In this document: positions 40,770 through 55,042 of the stretch, in pieces
Numbering within the stretch: the first letter of the stretch is position 1
Layout: each line of letters starts with the position of its first letter
Assembly (NCBI GenBank): GCA_965213675.1
Contig: OZ243916.1
Coordinates: 3,520,001-3,584,000 of the forward strand
DNA: 64,000 nt
Direction of reading: 5' to 3'
DNA from: an uncultured Candidatus Binatia bacterium
Lineage (GTDB): Bacteria > Desulfobacterota > Binatia > UBA9968 > JAJDTQ01
Notes under the pieces: generated by a model
What the model was told of the DNA's origin: nothing
The model's input: the letters and a program-made list of their open reading frames with translations, nothing else
The model's database searches: none
Position numbers and translations under genes: made by a program

Positions 40770-42148
40770 CCATGGCCGATGCAACCCACACTCTGAGCAA
40801 GCTCCCGCCCCAGAACCTGGAGGCGGAGGCGTCCATCCTGGGCGGCGTGCTGCTGGACAACGAGGCCATCAACGCCGTCATCGAGCTGGTCAACCCGGAC
40901 GATCTCTACCGGGAGTCGCACCGCAAGATCTACCGCGCCATGGTGGATCTGTGGGACCGCAGCGAGCCAGTGGACCTCATCACCCTGAGCGACCAGTTGA
41001 AGAGCATGGGAGAATTGGAAGCGGCCGGCGGCTCCGCTTATCTTGCAGAGCTGGCGAGTCAGGTGCCCACCGCCGCCAACATCGCGCACTACGCGCGCAT
41101 CGTCCGGGAAAAGGCCATCCTGCGCCATCTGATCCGTACCTCCACCGACATCGCCACACGCGGGCTGGAGGAGCGCGGCGACGTCGACGTGTTCCTGGAC
41201 GACGCCGAGCGCGCCATCTTCGACATCTCGGAAAAGCGCATCAACGCGTCCTTCGTCCGCATCGGCGACGTGATGAAGGACACCATCAAGCGAGTGGACG
41301 AGCTGTACCACCGCAAGGAACTGGTGACGGGGGTGGGCACGGGCTACGTGGACCTGGATCGGCTCACCGCGGGCTTCCAGCCGTCGGATCTGCTCATCGT
41401 GGCCGGCCGGCCGGGCATGGGGAAGACGGCGTTCGCCCTCAACATCGCGGTCAACGCCGCGTTCCAGGGCATCGGCGTCGCGGTCTTCTCCCTGGAGATG
41501 GCCACGGAGCAGCTCGTCCTGCGCATGCTGTGCGCGGAGGCGCGCGTGGACAATTCCCGGTTGCGGACCGGTTATCTCCGGGAGCACGAGTTCCCCGCCC
41601 TGGTGGGTGCGGCCGGGCGGCTGGCGGAAGCGCCGGTCTACATCGACGACACGCCCGCGGTGACGGTACTTGAAGTGCGCGCCAAGACCCGGCGGCTGCT
41701 GCGCGACCGCAGCCGCAAGATCGGCCTGGTGGTGGTCGATTACCTGCAACTCATGCGCGGGCACCGGGACTCGCCCAACCGGGAGCAGGAGATCTCGGAG
41801 ATTTCACGTTCGCTCAAAGCCTTGGCCAAGGAGCTGAACGTGCCGGTGGTCGCCCTCTCGCAGCTCAACCGCCGTGTGGAGGAACGGGTCGACAAGCGGC
41901 CGGTCATGGCGGATCTGCGTGAGTCCGGCGCCATCGAACAGGATGCCGACGTAATCATGTTCGTGTACCGGGAGGACGCCTACGAAAAGGACGAGACGAA
42001 GCACACGGGCGTCGCCCAGATCATCATCGAAAAACAGCGCAACGGTCCGCTGGGGACCGTGAAGCTCACCTTCCTCAACGAATACACCCGGTTCGAGGAC
42101 TACTCGGGACGCAACGACGAGGCGTATCCCGACGCCCGGGAATACTGA
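40766..42148 (+). CDS. dnaB: Replicative DNA helicase
   Basis: [41 protein letters not shown]; no intein. Confidence 0.97.
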   Translation: MTMADATHTLSKLPPQNLEAEASILGGVLLDNEAINAVIELVNPDDLYRESHRKIYRAMVDLWDRSEPVDLITLSDQLKSMGELEAAGGSAYLAELASQVPTAANIAHYARIVREKAILRHLIRTSTDIATRGLEERGDVDVFLDDAERAIFDISEKRINASFVRIGDVMKDTIKRVDELYHRKELVTGVGTGYVDLDRLTAGFQPSDLLIVAGRPGMGKTAFALNIAVNAAFQGIGVAVFSLEMATEQLVLRMLCAEARVDNSRLRTGYLREHEFPALVGAAGRLAEAPVYIDDTPAVTVLEVRAKTRRLLRDRSRKIGLVVVDYLQLMRGHRDSPNREQEISEISRSLKALAKELNVPVVALSQLNRRVEERVDKRPVMADLRESGAIEQDADVIMFVYREDAYEKDETKHTGVAQIIIEKQRNGPLGTVKLTFLNEYTRFEDYSGRNDEAYPDAREY

Positions 42149-42201
42149 AACCGACTGAGACCCAGGAGCTTGCGCCGCAGGAAGTCGGTCCGCGCCGCGC
42201 T

Positions 42202-42819
42202 TCAGGCCCGTGCCAGAATCTCCTGCACCCGCGCGGCGATGTCCTGGCCTCGGGTCAGGTAGCCGATCATGGCGGCGGCGTCGGCGCCGCTCTCCAGAAT
42301 CTGCGCCAGATTGTCCGCGGTGATGCCGCCGATGGCGACGATGGGAAGGCGCACACGGCTGCTCACGGAGCGGAGCATGGCGGGGCCGCGGGAGGCATAC
42401 CCGGTCTCCTTGGTGCGGGTCGGGAACATGGGGCCGAAGCCGATGTAGTCGGCGCCGCCCCGCTCGGCCTCCTCGGCCTGCTCCACGCTGTGCGTGGAGA
42501 TGCCGATCAGACGGTTGCCCATGAGCGGCCGGGCGGCCGCCAGCGGCAGGTCGTCCTGGCCCAGGTGGACGCCGTCGGCGCCCGCGGCCAGGGCGATGTC
42601 CACGCGGTCGTTGACGATGAACAGGCATCCCGCCCTCTCGGTGCGCGCGCGGGCGTCGAGGGCGAGGCGCAGAAACTCGCCGGCGGGGCCGTCCTTCACC
42701 CGCAACTGGAGCAGCGAGACGCCCCCCGCGAGCATGGCGTCGATGACGTCCGCCAACGGGCGCCCACCGGTTTGCGCCGTGTCCGCGATGGCGTACAGCC
42801 GCGAGGGCAGGCGGATCAT
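42202..42819 (-). CDS. thiE: Thiamine-phosphate synthase
   Basis: QLRVK, NDRVDIA, GVHLGQDD, GISTH, PTRTK, AIGGI. Confidence 0.93.
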   Translation of the reverse strand: MIRLPSRLYAIADTAQTGGRPLADVIDAMLAGGVSLLQLRVKDGPAGEFLRLALDARARTERAGCLFIVNDRVDIALAAGADGVHLGQDDLPLAAARPLMGNRLIGISTHSVEQAEEAERGGADYIGFGPMFPTRTKETGYASRGPAMLRSVSSRVRLPIVAIGGITADNLAQILESGADAAAMIGYLTRGQDIAARVQEILARA

Positions 42820-44255
42820 GGTTTTTTCTTCACGGTGATGCCCAGGTCCGTGATCTTCTTGCGCAGCGTGTTGCGGTTGATGCCGAGCATCTGGGCGGCG
42901 CGGATCTGGTTGCCGCGGGCGGCCATGAGGGTCATCTCGATGAGCGGACGCTCCACGTGTCCGATGATCGTCGCATGCAGCTTCTCCACTTGCGTGTCGC
43001 GCGTGCGCCTGAAGTACTCTTCCAGCCGTCCGCGGATGATCTCTTCCAGCGACAGGCTGTCGTAGTCCGGCGTCCTGGCCTGCCGGTCCGACAGCGCAAA
43101 ATCCCGTGACGACAGGATCGGTCCCGGGGAGAGCACGGCCGCGCGGATGAGCACGTTCTCCAGCTCCCGGACGTTGCCGGGCCAGTCGTACTGCTGGAGT
43201 TCCCTGAGCGCGTCCGCGGACACCCCCGATATCTGCGCGCCCATGTCGTTGTTCACCTTGGCGATGAAGAAGTCGATGAGCACCGGCAGATCGCTGCGCC
43301 GGTCCCGCAGGGGCGGAATTTCGATGGGGATGACCTTGAGGCGGAAGTAGAGATCGTCCCGGAACCGCTCCTCGTGGACGGCCTTCTCCAGGTCCCGGTT
43401 GGTGGCCGTCAACAGCCGGGCGTCCGATTGCAGCATGTCCTTGCCGCCGACGCGCCGGTAGGAGCCGTCCTGCAGCACGCGCAGCAGCTTGGTCTGAAGG
43501 TCCAGCGGCAACTCGCCGATTTCGTCGAGGAACAGGGTCCCGTGGTGGGCCAGCTCGAAGGTGCCCAGGCGTCTTTCCAGGGCGCCGGTGAACGCCCCCT
43601 TCTCGTGTCCGAAGAGCTCGGATTCCAGCAAATCGCGCGGGATCGCCGCGCAGTTCACCGGTACGAAGGGCTTGTTCCACCGAGCGGAGTTGTAGTGGAT
43701 GGTCTTGGCGACGAGTTCCTTGCCCGTGCCGCTCTCACCCTGGATGAGGATGGTGGTGTCGGTGCCGGCCACCTGTCCGATGGTCTTGAAGACCTGTTGC
43801 ATGGCGGCGCTGGTGCCGATCATGTTGACGCCGGGTTCGTACTTCTTCTTGACTTCCTCCTTGAGATCGCTCAACTCGCGGCTCAGCCGGCGTCGCTCCA
43901 GCGCCCGTTCCAGCACCACCGTCAGCACGTCGAGGTCGAAGGGCTTGGTGAGGTAGTCGAAGGCGCCGGCCTTCATGGCGTCGATGGCGTTGCGCATGGT
44001 GTTCTGCGCGGTCATGAGGATGAAGGGCGTTGGCAGGCCGGCCTCCCGCGCGGCATCCAGGAGCGCCAGTCCCTCCATGTCCGGCAGGTGGATGTCCACG
44101 AGAGCGGCATCGAAGGTCGATTCGTCCATCAACCGCTTCGCCTCGCGCCCGGTGGTGGCGGCGGCCACCCAGTATCCCTCCTTCTCCAGCGCCTTGCGCA
44201 GTACGCGGCTCAGGGATTCCTCGTCTTCCACCAAAAGAATGCGGCCCAGTTCCAT
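42816..44255 (-). CDS. Sigma54-dependent response regulator (NtrC-like)
   Basis: REC domain, [22 protein letters not shown] and a Fis-type HTH. Confidence 0.93.
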   Translation of the reverse strand: MELGRILLVEDEESLSRVLRKALEKEGYWVAAATTGREAKRLMDESTFDAALVDIHLPDMEGLALLDAAREAGLPTPFILMTAQNTMRNAIDAMKAGAFDYLTKPFDLDVLTVVLERALERRRLSRELSDLKEEVKKKYEPGVNMIGTSAAMQQVFKTIGQVAGTDTTILIQGESGTGKELVAKTIHYNSARWNKPFVPVNCAAIPRDLLESELFGHEKGAFTGALERRLGTFELAHHGTLFLDEIGELPLDLQTKLLRVLQDGSYRRVGGKDMLQSDARLLTATNRDLEKAVHEERFRDDLYFRLKVIPIEIPPLRDRRSDLPVLIDFFIAKVNNDMGAQISGVSADALRELQQYDWPGNVRELENVLIRAAVLSPGPILSSRDFALSDRQARTPDYDSLSLEEIIRGRLEEYFRRTRDTQVEKLHATIIGHVERPLIEMTLMAARGNQIRAAQMLGINRNTLRKKITDLGITVKKKP

Positions 44256-44260
44256 GGCGT

Positions 44261-45370
44261 TCAACCCTGTTGCGCGGGCAGTGAGACCTTGAACACCGAT
44301 CCCTCGTCCACCCGGCTGTCCACGCCCAGGCGGCCGCCGTGTTCCTTGATGGTGGTGTCGCAGATGGCCAGTCCCAGACCGGTGCCGCGGCGCTTCCGGG
44401 TGAAGAAGGGCGAGAAGACGTGCGGCAGGTCCGCTTCATCGATGCCGGCGCCCTCGTCGCTGATGTCGACCCGGACGAACCGGGTGCTGGCGGCGTGTCC
44501 CGTGCGCAGCGGGAAATCCGTCTCCATGTGCGTGGCCACGGTCAGGCAACCGCCTTCGCTCATGGCCTGAAGCGCGTTCTTCACGAGGTTCAGGAAAACC
44601 TGAATGAGGCGGTCCCGGTCGCCTGTGATCGGCGGCAGGCTGGGGTCGAAGCAACGTTGGATGCGCACGCTGGCGCTGGCGGCCGCGGGCGCTTCCAGGC
44701 GCAGCACGTGCTCCAGCAACTCGTGCACGTTCAGCGGCTCCAGGCGCAGGCCCGCCGGCCGCGCAAGGTCGAGAAGCTGGTCCAGCAGTTGATTGACGCG
44801 CTCCACTTCCCGGATCATGATGTCGGTGTTCTCCACGAGCGAAGCGTCGTGGGTGACCTCGGCGCGGATGAGTTGCGCCGCCCCCATGATTCCCCCGAGG
44901 GGGTTCTTGATCTCGTGGGCCAGGGCCGCGGCCACCTTGCCCAGCAGGGCGAGGCGGTCCGACCGCCTCAGATCCTCCTCCATGGCTTGTCTCAGGGCGC
45001 GGTCGCGCAGCAACAGCACACTGCCCGATACCTGTCCGCCGCGGTCTCGCAGGGGCGACACCAAGGCGCTCACCGGCACCTTCCCGCGTGGCGGTTTGAC
45101 GAAGTCGTTCTCGGCCCGGCTGGTGCCTTCATCGGGGCCAAGGCTGTTGTCGATCATGTCCACCAGCCAGGCGTTGGCGCGGAACAGGTCGCCCGCGTCG
45201 CGCGCCAGCAGGCTGCGCGCGGAGAGCCCGGTGAGGGTCTCGGCGGCCTGGTTGACGAAGGCAACGCGGCGCGCGCAATCCACCACCACCACCGCGTCCT
45301 CGAGGCTGGTGAGAACATCCTGCCACGAGACCTCCGCCGCGGCAGCACCGGCCTGGGGCGCGGTGGGCAT
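44261..45370 (-). CDS. PAS sensor histidine kinase (NtrB-like)
   Basis: PAS domain, AHEIKNPLGGI, YDPSLP-like FDPSLP, NLVKNA, GTGLGL. Confidence 0.9.
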   Translation of the reverse strand: MPTAPQAGAAAAEVSWQDVLTSLEDAVVVVDCARRVAFVNQAAETLTGLSARSLLARDAGDLFRANAWLVDMIDNSLGPDEGTSRAENDFVKPPRGKVPVSALVSPLRDRGGQVSGSVLLLRDRALRQAMEEDLRRSDRLALLGKVAAALAHEIKNPLGGIMGAAQLIRAEVTHDASLVENTDIMIREVERVNQLLDQLLDLARPAGLRLEPLNVHELLEHVLRLEAPAAASASVRIQRCFDPSLPPITGDRDRLIQVFLNLVKNALQAMSEGGCLTVATHMETDFPLRTGHAASTRFVRVDISDEGAGIDEADLPHVFSPFFTRKRRGTGLGLAICDTTIKEHGGRLGVDSRVDEGSVFKVSLPAQQG

Positions 45371-45604
45371 GATCTTCGCCAACTCTCGGCTCTCCTTCCG
45401 TAACTGCCGTTCAAGCTGAAGAGGATTATCCGAGGGTAGCCGACCGGCCGTCGAAAAGCGAATCACACTTCCCCAACCGGTGCTGGCTGAACTGAACCAC
45501 TGCCCGCCCCACGCCGGCTCCCGTCTCGCGTTGGATTCTTCCTCCTTCAGGCTCATGTCTCGTTGAAGAGCTCTCTGACTTGCATTCGGTCGTGTCAGTG
45601 TGTA

Positions 45605-45645
45605 AGAGTGGGACACCGGTGGGCAGCTTGCCCGCTTTTTTATTT
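45605..45645 (+). promoter_or_regulatory. rimP leader hairpin with U-run (attenuator-like)
   Basis: AGAGTGGG...GTGGGC-AGCTT-GCCCGC-TTTTTTATTT immediately before the rimP start. Confidence 0.6.
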
Positions 45646-45651
45646 GTGCCG

Positions 45652-46143
45652 ATGACGACGAGAAAGACATTGGAGCGCCTCTGGGAGATCGTCGAGCCGC
45701 TGGCCGCGGATCAGGCACTGGAGGTTGTGGACATCGAGCTCCGGCACGAAGGGGGCGCGGGGCGCGTCCTTCGGGTCTACCTGGATCGGGTGGAGAAGCA
45801 GGAGGAGACCGACGCTCCCGGCCTCGACGAGTTGAGCCGGGTGAGCCGCGAGCTCAGCGACCTGCTGGATGTCTACGACGTGGTGGAGGGTGCGTACACG
45901 CTGGAGATCTCGTCGCCGGGCGTCAACCGGCCCCTGCGGAAGCCCGAACATTTCGCGCGCTTCGTGGGGCAACGGGTACGGCTCCAGACCGGAGAGATGA
46001 TCGACGGCCGGAGAAAGTTTTCGGGACCCCTGCACGGCGCCGCCGGGGACGGCGTCGTGGTGCTGCAGGACGGGCGCGAGGTCTTCATCCCGTTCGGCCT
46101 GATCTTGAAGGCGAGCGTCGAGTACGATTGGGCGTCACCCTGA
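45652..46143 (+). CDS. rimP: Ribosome maturation factor RimP
   Basis: VLRVYLD, YTLEISSPGVNRPL; synteny with nusA. Confidence 0.93.
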   Translation: MTTRKTLERLWEIVEPLAADQALEVVDIELRHEGGAGRVLRVYLDRVEKQEETDAPGLDELSRVSRELSDLLDVYDVVEGAYTLEISSPGVNRPLRKPEHFARFVGQRVRLQTGEMIDGRRKFSGPLHGAAGDGVVVLQDGREVFIPFGLILKASVEYDWASP

Positions 46144-46167
46144 GGCGGCCCCGGTCGGGGGAACAAG

Positions 46168-47577
46168 ATGCAGCAGGATCTGAACCGGGTCATTGAGCAG
46201 GTGACCAAGGAAAAGGGCATCGACAAGGCGATCCTCGTCGAAGCCATCGAGTCCGCCATGGTGTCGGCGGCCAAGAAGACGTTCGGCGCGGAGCGCACCT
46301 TCGAGGCCCAGTACAACCCGGACATCGGTGAGATCGAGCTGTTCGAGGCCAAGGTCGTGGTGGACGACGTCGCCGACCCCGAGACCCAGATCGACCTGGA
46401 CGACGCGCGCGAGAGCCTGGACCCGGACGTGGAACTCGGCGACGAACTGCTCATGAAGATCGACTCCCAGGTCTTTGGCCGGATCGCGGCGCAGGCGGCC
46501 AAGCAGAACATCGTTCAGCGGGTGCGGGACGTCGAGCGCGAGATCATCTTCAACGAGTTCAAGGACCGCCAGGGCGAACTGGTGCATGGCATCGTTCAGC
46601 GCTTCGAGAAGAACAACCTCATCGTCAATCTCGGCAGGACCAACGCCATCCTGCCGGAGAAGGAACAGGTGCCGCGCGAACGCTACCGGCAGGGCGACCG
46701 CATCCGTGCCTATATCGTGAGCGTGGAGATGACCAGCCGCGGTCCCCAGATCGTCCTTTCGCGTACCCACCCGGGCATGCTCATCAAGCTCTTCGAGCAG
46801 GAGGTGCCGGAAATCTACGAAGGCATCGTCGAGGTGAAGGGCGCGGCGCGCGAGCCGGGCGGACGGGCGAAGATCGCCGTGGCCTCCAACGATGCCGAGG
46901 TGGACCCGGTGGGCGCGTGCGTGGGCATGAAGGGAACCCGGGTGCAGTCGGTGGTGCAGGAGTTGCGCGGGGAGAAGATCGACATCGTGCACTGGATTCC
47001 GGAGCAGGCCGAGTACGTGTGCCGCGCGCTCGCGCCCGCCAAGGTCACCAAGATTTTCCTCGACGACGACGCGCACTCCATGGAGGTGATCGTCCCGGAC
47101 GAGCAACTCTCCCTGGCCATCGGGCGCAAGGGTCAGAACGTCCGGTTGGCCTCCCGGCTTACCGGTTGGGGTATCGATGCGCGCAGCGAGTCGGAGGCGG
47201 AAGAGGAGAGCCGGCAGGCGCGCCAGTCGCTGTCGGCGGTGCCGGGCGTGAGCGACGTGATGGCGGAACTGCTCTACCAGTCGGGCTTCAAGTCGGCCGA
47301 GGACCTGGCGGAGGCCGATTCCTCCACCATCCATGAGATCACCGGCATCGAGCCGGAACGGGCGGCCGCCATCCTGGATGCCGTGACGACGCACGTAGAG
47401 GCGTTGCGCGAGCAGGCCGCGCGGGAGGCGGAAGAAGCCGCACAGGCCGCCGAGGCGGGTGAAGAGGCCCTTGAGGCGAGCGCGGGTTCGGCGGACGGCG
47501 AGCGGGAAGCCGAAACGCCGCCGCCCAGCGCCGAGTCGGCGCAGGCGCCGGAGCAAACGGCCGAACAGCCGGAATGA
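46168..47577 (+). CDS. nusA: Transcription factor NusA
   Basis: [40 protein letters not shown]. Confidence 0.97.
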   Translation: MQQDLNRVIEQVTKEKGIDKAILVEAIESAMVSAAKKTFGAERTFEAQYNPDIGEIELFEAKVVVDDVADPETQIDLDDARESLDPDVELGDELLMKIDSQVFGRIAAQAAKQNIVQRVRDVEREIIFNEFKDRQGELVHGIVQRFEKNNLIVNLGRTNAILPEKEQVPRERYRQGDRIRAYIVSVEMTSRGPQIVLSRTHPGMLIKLFEQEVPEIYEGIVEVKGAAREPGGRAKIAVASNDAEVDPVGACVGMKGTRVQSVVQELRGEKIDIVHWIPEQAEYVCRALAPAKVTKIFLDDDAHSMEVIVPDEQLSLAIGRKGQNVRLASRLTGWGIDARSESEAEEESRQARQSLSAVPGVSDVMAELLYQSGFKSAEDLAEADSSTIHEITGIEPERAAAILDAVTTHVEALREQAAREAEEAAQAAEAGEEALEASAGSADGEREAETPPPSAESAQAPEQTAEQPE

Positions 47578-47830
47578 ACGCCGCGCCGGCGCGGACGTGT
47601 CTGGGTTGCGGCCGGCGCGACGCCAAGACGGCCATGCACCGGCTCGCGTTCACGGAGAACGGTCTGGAACCCGAGGAAGTCCGGGGACGAGGAGGCTATC
47701 TGCATTACCGCGAGGATTGTTGGCGAGCTTTCCTGAAACGGAAGAGCCTGTACCGGGCTTTCCGTCGCGATCTGCCCCGCGGGGATCGTGAGAACCTGGT
47801 GGAAAAGCTTCGCGCTCAATGGGGTGGGAA

Positions 47831-47834
<4 letters not shown>
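47574..47834 (+). CDS. ylxR: YlxR (DUF448) RNA-binding protein
   Basis: [14 protein letters not shown]; position between nusA and infB. Confidence 0.85.
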
Positions 47835-50674
<2,840 letters not shown>

Positions 50675-50777
50675 CGCACAGGCTCCTAGGTGACGTCACG
50701 CAGCCAGCGGCGAGAAGGACCCACAGATGGGTCCACGTATCTTCGAAACGCAGGCTCCCGGGTTCACAGATGGCGGT

Positions 50778-51065
50778 ATGGTGATCGGTATCCTCAAGCT
50801 TGCGCTGATCCTGCCGGAGAATCACTCGCTTAAAGGGAAACGGTCCGTGCTGCGCCGCGTCCAGTCGCGCGTGTCCAATCGGTTCAATGTTTCCACGACG
50901 GAGTGCGGCGACCAGGAGTCGTGGCAGCGAGCGTTGCTGGGGTTCGCGGCCGCGGGCAGCAATGCGCGAGTCGTGGAAGCCACGTTGCGTGAAGTGACGG
51001 AGTTCGTGAACGGCATGGGTCTGGCGGAACTGGGTGAGACGGAACTCCGCGTCTTTCACGAATAG
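50778..51065 (+). CDS. DUF503 (YlxP) protein
   Basis: HSLKGKRSV...RFNVS; synteny. Confidence 0.88.
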   Translation: MVIGILKLALILPENHSLKGKRSVLRRVQSRVSNRFNVSTTECGDQESWQRALLGFAAAGSNARVVEATLREVTEFVNGMGLAELGETELRVFHE

Positions 51066-51101
51066 CCCGCGACGCGCCAACGACATCATGGAATCGAGCG
51101 A

Positions 51102-51470
51102 TTGGCCAGAATTCGTCAAAGGACAGGCATTCCGCGTTCGCAGCGCGTGGGCGACTTGCTCATGGAGTTCGTCTCGCGGCTGCTGGCGCGCTCGCTCAAC
51201 GACCCGCGGCTCGCTTCGGTGACGTTGACCGGGGCGAACGTGCGCCCGGATCTCAAGCACGCGACGCTCTACTTCACGGTACGCGACGGCGGGGTCTCCA
51301 GGGACGAGGCGCTTTTGGGCATGCGCGCCGCCACGGGTTTCGTCCGCAGCCGGATCGCCGCCGAACTCAAGCTGCGTTTCGTTCCCGACCTCGAGTTCGT
51401 CCACGACGAGGCCCCGGACCGTGCCCGGCGCATCGACGACCTTCTCGGCCAACTCCGGTCCAAGCCATAG
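51102..51470 (+). CDS. rbfA: Ribosome-binding factor A
   Basis: RSQRVGD, DPRL, DLKHA, LRFVPDLEF. Confidence 0.9.
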   Translation: MARIRQRTGIPRSQRVGDLLMEFVSRLLARSLNDPRLASVTLTGANVRPDLKHATLYFTVRDGGVSRDEALLGMRAATGFVRSRIAAELKLRFVPDLEFVHDEAPDRARRIDDLLGQLRSKP

Positions 51471-51489
51471 CCGGCGGGACTTTACGATC

Positions 51490-52395
51490 ATGCATGTGGT
51501 CACGAGCGGCATCCTGCTTGTAGACAAGCCGGAGGGCCCAACCTCGGCGCGGGTGGTGGCCGCGGCCAAGCATATCACGGGCGCGCGCAAGGTCGGGCAC
51601 CTGGGAACCCTGGACCCGTTCGCATCCGGGCTCCTGCCGCTGGCGGTCAACGAAGCCACCAAGGTCGCACAGCACTTCCTGGACTCGGACAAGGGGTACA
51701 CCGGCGTCATCACGCTCGGCGCCGAGACCGACACCCAGGACCGCACTGGCACGGTGCTGGTTCGGCGCGACCCGGCGCGGCCGGGTCCTGCGGAGCTTGA
51801 AACCCTGCGGCGGGAGTTCAGCGGCCGTTTGCGTCAGGTGCCGCCGATGTATTCGGCGCTCAAGCGGGACGGCGCGCGGCTCTACGAATTGGCGCGCAAG
51901 GGTGTCGAGGTGGCGCGGGAGGCGCGCGAGATCCGGGTTGAGATCACGCGTCTGGAACCGCTGGGGCCGGCGGAGCTGGGGTTCGACATGACCTGCTCCA
52001 AGGGCACCTACGTGCGCACCCTGGCGGCGGACATTGGCACCGCCCTGGGTTGCGGCGGCTACCTGAGCCGTCTGCGCCGGGTGGCGTCCGGTCCGTTTCG
52101 CATCGACGATGCCGTGACCCTGGACGCCTTGAGGGAACTGCCGGATGGCGTTGCCGTGCCGCTGGTGCCGTTGAACCGTGCCCTGGACCACCTGGGTTGC
52201 GCGGTTCTGAGCCGTGCCGCGGCCGACGGGCTCAGGCGTGGACTTCAGGGAGCGCTGGCGGGTGTCGGGACGCCCGAGCCGGGGGAGACCACCCGCCGGG
52301 TGGTGGATGCGGACGGCGGGTTGGTGGCGTTGATCGGATGGGAGGCGATGGTGCGGAGGTGGCAGATTCAGCGCGTCTTCAACCGTTCCGGATGA
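51490..52395 (+). CDS. truB: tRNA pseudouridine(55) synthase
   Basis: DKPEG, GHLGTLDPFASG, QVPPMYSALK, CSKGTYVRTL. Confidence 0.95.
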   Translation: MHVVTSGILLVDKPEGPTSARVVAAAKHITGARKVGHLGTLDPFASGLLPLAVNEATKVAQHFLDSDKGYTGVITLGAETDTQDRTGTVLVRRDPARPGPAELETLRREFSGRLRQVPPMYSALKRDGARLYELARKGVEVAREAREIRVEITRLEPLGPAELGFDMTCSKGTYVRTLAADIGTALGCGGYLSRLRRVASGPFRIDDAVTLDALRELPDGVAVPLVPLNRALDHLGCAVLSRAAADGLRRGLQGALAGVGTPEPGETTRRVVDADGGLVALIGWEAMVRRWQIQRVFNRSG

Positions 52396-52491
52396 GTGCG
52401 GGCGCTTTCCGGCCCGGCTTTTGCAAGTGCGCGGCCAGTATGCTAAAAACCTGACGAGATCAAACATACAGGAGAAAGAAAAAGGGTACAG

Positions 52492-52761
52492 ATGGAATCA
52501 GCTCGGGAGCAGACCAGCGAGACGATCAGGCAATTCAGACTCCACGATTCGGACACCGGTTCGCCTGAGGTTCAGGTGGCCATTCATAGCCACCGTATCA
52601 ATTATCTGACAGAGCATCTGAGAACTCACAAGAAGGACCATCACACGCGGATGGGCCTGCTCAGGCTCGTCGGCAAAAGGCGGCGGCTTCTGGATTATCT
52701 CAAGAAGAGGGATGTTCAGAGGTACCAGACCTTGATCCAGCGGCTGGGTATCCGGCGATAA
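52492..52761 (+). CDS. rpsO: 30S ribosomal protein S15
   Basis: [27 protein letters not shown]. Confidence 0.95.
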   Translation: MESAREQTSETIRQFRLHDSDTGSPEVQVAIHSHRINYLTEHLRTHKKDHHTRMGLLRLVGKRRRLLDYLKKRDVQRYQTLIQRLGIRR

Positions 52762-52840
52762 TTCGCCAATGGATGCCCGGCCGTTGTCGTCCCTTCCCGC
52801 GTTCTTCTCTTCAGCCCCCACTGCCCTCGAGGGTACACTT

Positions 52841-54937
52841 ATGCAGACAAAAATCGAGTTGGATTATTGCGGCCGAACTCTGTCCGTCGACTTGGGCAAG
52901 GTCGCCAAACAGGCCGACGGGGCCGCGCTGGTGCGTTTCGGCGAGACCGTCGTCCTCGCCACCGCGGTTGCCTCCAAGGACATCCGCGAGGATATCGATT
53001 TCTTCCCGCTCACCGTCGATTACCAGGAAAAGACCTTTGCCGCCGGGCGCATTCCCGGCGGTTTTTTCAAGCGCGAGGGACGCCCCTCGGAAAAGGAAAT
53101 CCTCAATTGCCGGCTCATCGACCGGTCCATCCGGCCGTTGTTCGCGGGCGGCCTCAAGGCCGAGACGCAGATCATCGTCACGGTGTTGTCCGCTGACGGC
53201 GAGAACGACACCGACGCGGTTTCCATGTTCGCCGCCTCGCTGGCCATCGAGATATCGGATATCCCGTTCAACGGCCCTCTGGCCGGCGTCCGCGTGGGCC
53301 GCCTGAACGGCGAGTGGGTCATGAATCCGTTTCAGAGCCAGGTTCCGGATTGCGACGTCAACATCTTCCTTTCGGGTACCCGTGACGGCATCGTGATGGT
53401 GGAAGGGGGCGCGTCGATGGTGCCCGAGGAGGGCGTGCTGGACGCGCTGTTCCAGGGCCACCAGGCGATCCAGCCGCTCATCGATCTGCAGGAAAAGCTC
53501 AGGGAACAGCTCGGCAAACCCAAGCGCGTGGCGCCCCAGGAGGAGAAGGACGAGTCCTTGACGGCTTGGGTGCGGGACCGCGCCGAGGCGCAGGTCAGGG
53601 AGGCGGTGTGCATCGCCGACAAGAAGCAACGCAACTCCCGCATCGACGAGGTGGGCAGCGGGGTCCTGGCGGCGGGCGCGGACGAGTTTCCCGGACGCGA
53701 ACGGGAGGTCAAGGGCGCCTTCAAGGCTCTGGAAAAGTTTCAGCTCCGGGACCTCGTGGTGCAGCGCAAGCGCATCGACGGCCGCGGTCTCAAGGACGTG
53801 CGTCCCATCGCCTGCGAAGTGGATCTGCTGCCGCGCACCCACGGGTCGGCGCTATTCACCCGTGGCGAAACCCAGGCGCTGGTGGTGGCCACCCTCGGCA
53901 CGGCGTCCGACGCCCAGCGCGTCGACGCGCTCACCGGCGAGCAGTTCAAGAAGTTCATGCTGCATTACAACTTCCCTCCCTACAGCACTGGCGAGGTCAA
54001 GTTCCTGCGCAGTCCGGGCCGGCGTGAGATCGGCCACGGCGCGCTGGCCGAGCGCGCGCTGGTGCCGGTGCTCCCGGCCGAGGACACGTTCCCCTATACC
54101 CTGCGCGTGGTGTCCGAGATCCTGGCATCCAACGGTTCCAGTTCCATGGCGAGCGTCTGCGGCGGTTCCCTCTCGCTCATGGATGCGGGCGTTCCCATCA
54201 AGGCGCCGGTGGCGGGCATCGCCATGGGCCTCATCAAGGAAGGCGACGAGGTGCGGGTGCTCACCGACATCCTCGGCGACGAGGACCACCTGGGCGACAT
54301 GGACTTCAAGGTAGCCGGGACCCGGGAAGGCATCACCGCGCTGCAAATGGACATCAAGATCAGCGGCGTCACCCGCGAGATCATGCAGGAGGCCCTGTAC
54401 CAGGCGCGGGAAGGCCGCCTGCACATCCTCGACATCATGGACGGCACGCTGGCGACGACGCGCACGGAGGTCTCGCAGCACGCCCCCCGCATCACCACCA
54501 TCAAGGTGCGGCCCGAGAAGATCCGCGACATCATCGGACCGGGAGGCAAGGTCATCCGCGGCATCGTTGAGGCCACGGGCACGAAGATCGACGTGCAGGA
54601 CGACGGCACCGTCACGGTCGCGTCCAGCGACGAGGCGGGCAGCCGCCGGGCCCTGGACATGATCGAGGGCATCGTCGCCGAGGTGGAGATCGGCCGCATC
54701 TACAAGGGCACGGTGCGGCGGGTGATGGACTTCGGCGCGTTCGTGGAGATCCTGCCGGGCACCGACGGACTGGTGCACATCTCACAGATCGCCGACGACC
54801 ATGTGCGGCGCGTCCGGGACGTGCTCAACGAGGGCGACGAGTTGATGGTGAAGGTGCTGGACGTGGACCGGCAGGGCAAGATCCGGCTCAGCCGCAAGGA
54901 GGCTCTGAAGGAAGAGCAGACCTCCGAACGGGTGTAG
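52841..54937 (+). CDS. pnp: Polyribonucleotide nucleotidyltransferase
   Basis: FFPLTVDYQE, FTRGETQ, RREIGHG, SNGSSSMAS, GDMDFK, KH and S1 domains. Confidence 0.97.
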   Translation: MQTKIELDYCGRTLSVDLGKVAKQADGAALVRFGETVVLATAVASKDIREDIDFFPLTVDYQEKTFAAGRIPGGFFKREGRPSEKEILNCRLIDRSIRPLFAGGLKAETQIIVTVLSADGENDTDAVSMFAASLAIEISDIPFNGPLAGVRVGRLNGEWVMNPFQSQVPDCDVNIFLSGTRDGIVMVEGGASMVPEEGVLDALFQGHQAIQPLIDLQEKLREQLGKPKRVAPQEEKDESLTAWVRDRAEAQVREAVCIADKKQRNSRIDEVGSGVLAAGADEFPGREREVKGAFKALEKFQLRDLVVQRKRIDGRGLKDVRPIACEVDLLPRTHGSALFTRGETQALVVATLGTASDAQRVDALTGEQFKKFMLHYNFPPYSTGEVKFLRSPGRREIGHGALAERALVPVLPAEDTFPYTLRVVSEILASNGSSSMASVCGGSLSLMDAGVPIKAPVAGIAMGLIKEGDEVRVLTDILGDEDHLGDMDFKVAGTREGITALQMDIKISGVTREIMQEALYQAREGRLHILDIMDGTLATTRTEVSQHAPRITTIKVRPEKIRDIIGPGGKVIRGIVEATGTKIDVQDDGTVTVASSDEAGSRRALDMIEGIVAEVEIGRIYKGTVRRVMDFGAFVEILPGTDGLVHISQIADDHVRRVRDVLNEGDELMVKVLDVDRQGKIRLSRKEALKEEQTSERV

Positions 54938-55042
54938 CGGCGGACTTCAAGCCGGAGCGTCAATTCCCCAACAGATCGGGCACGGGCGCCAGCCCAGTCG
55001 TGCCCACATGGCGATGGCATCGCCGAAAGTGTCGTCCATCCG

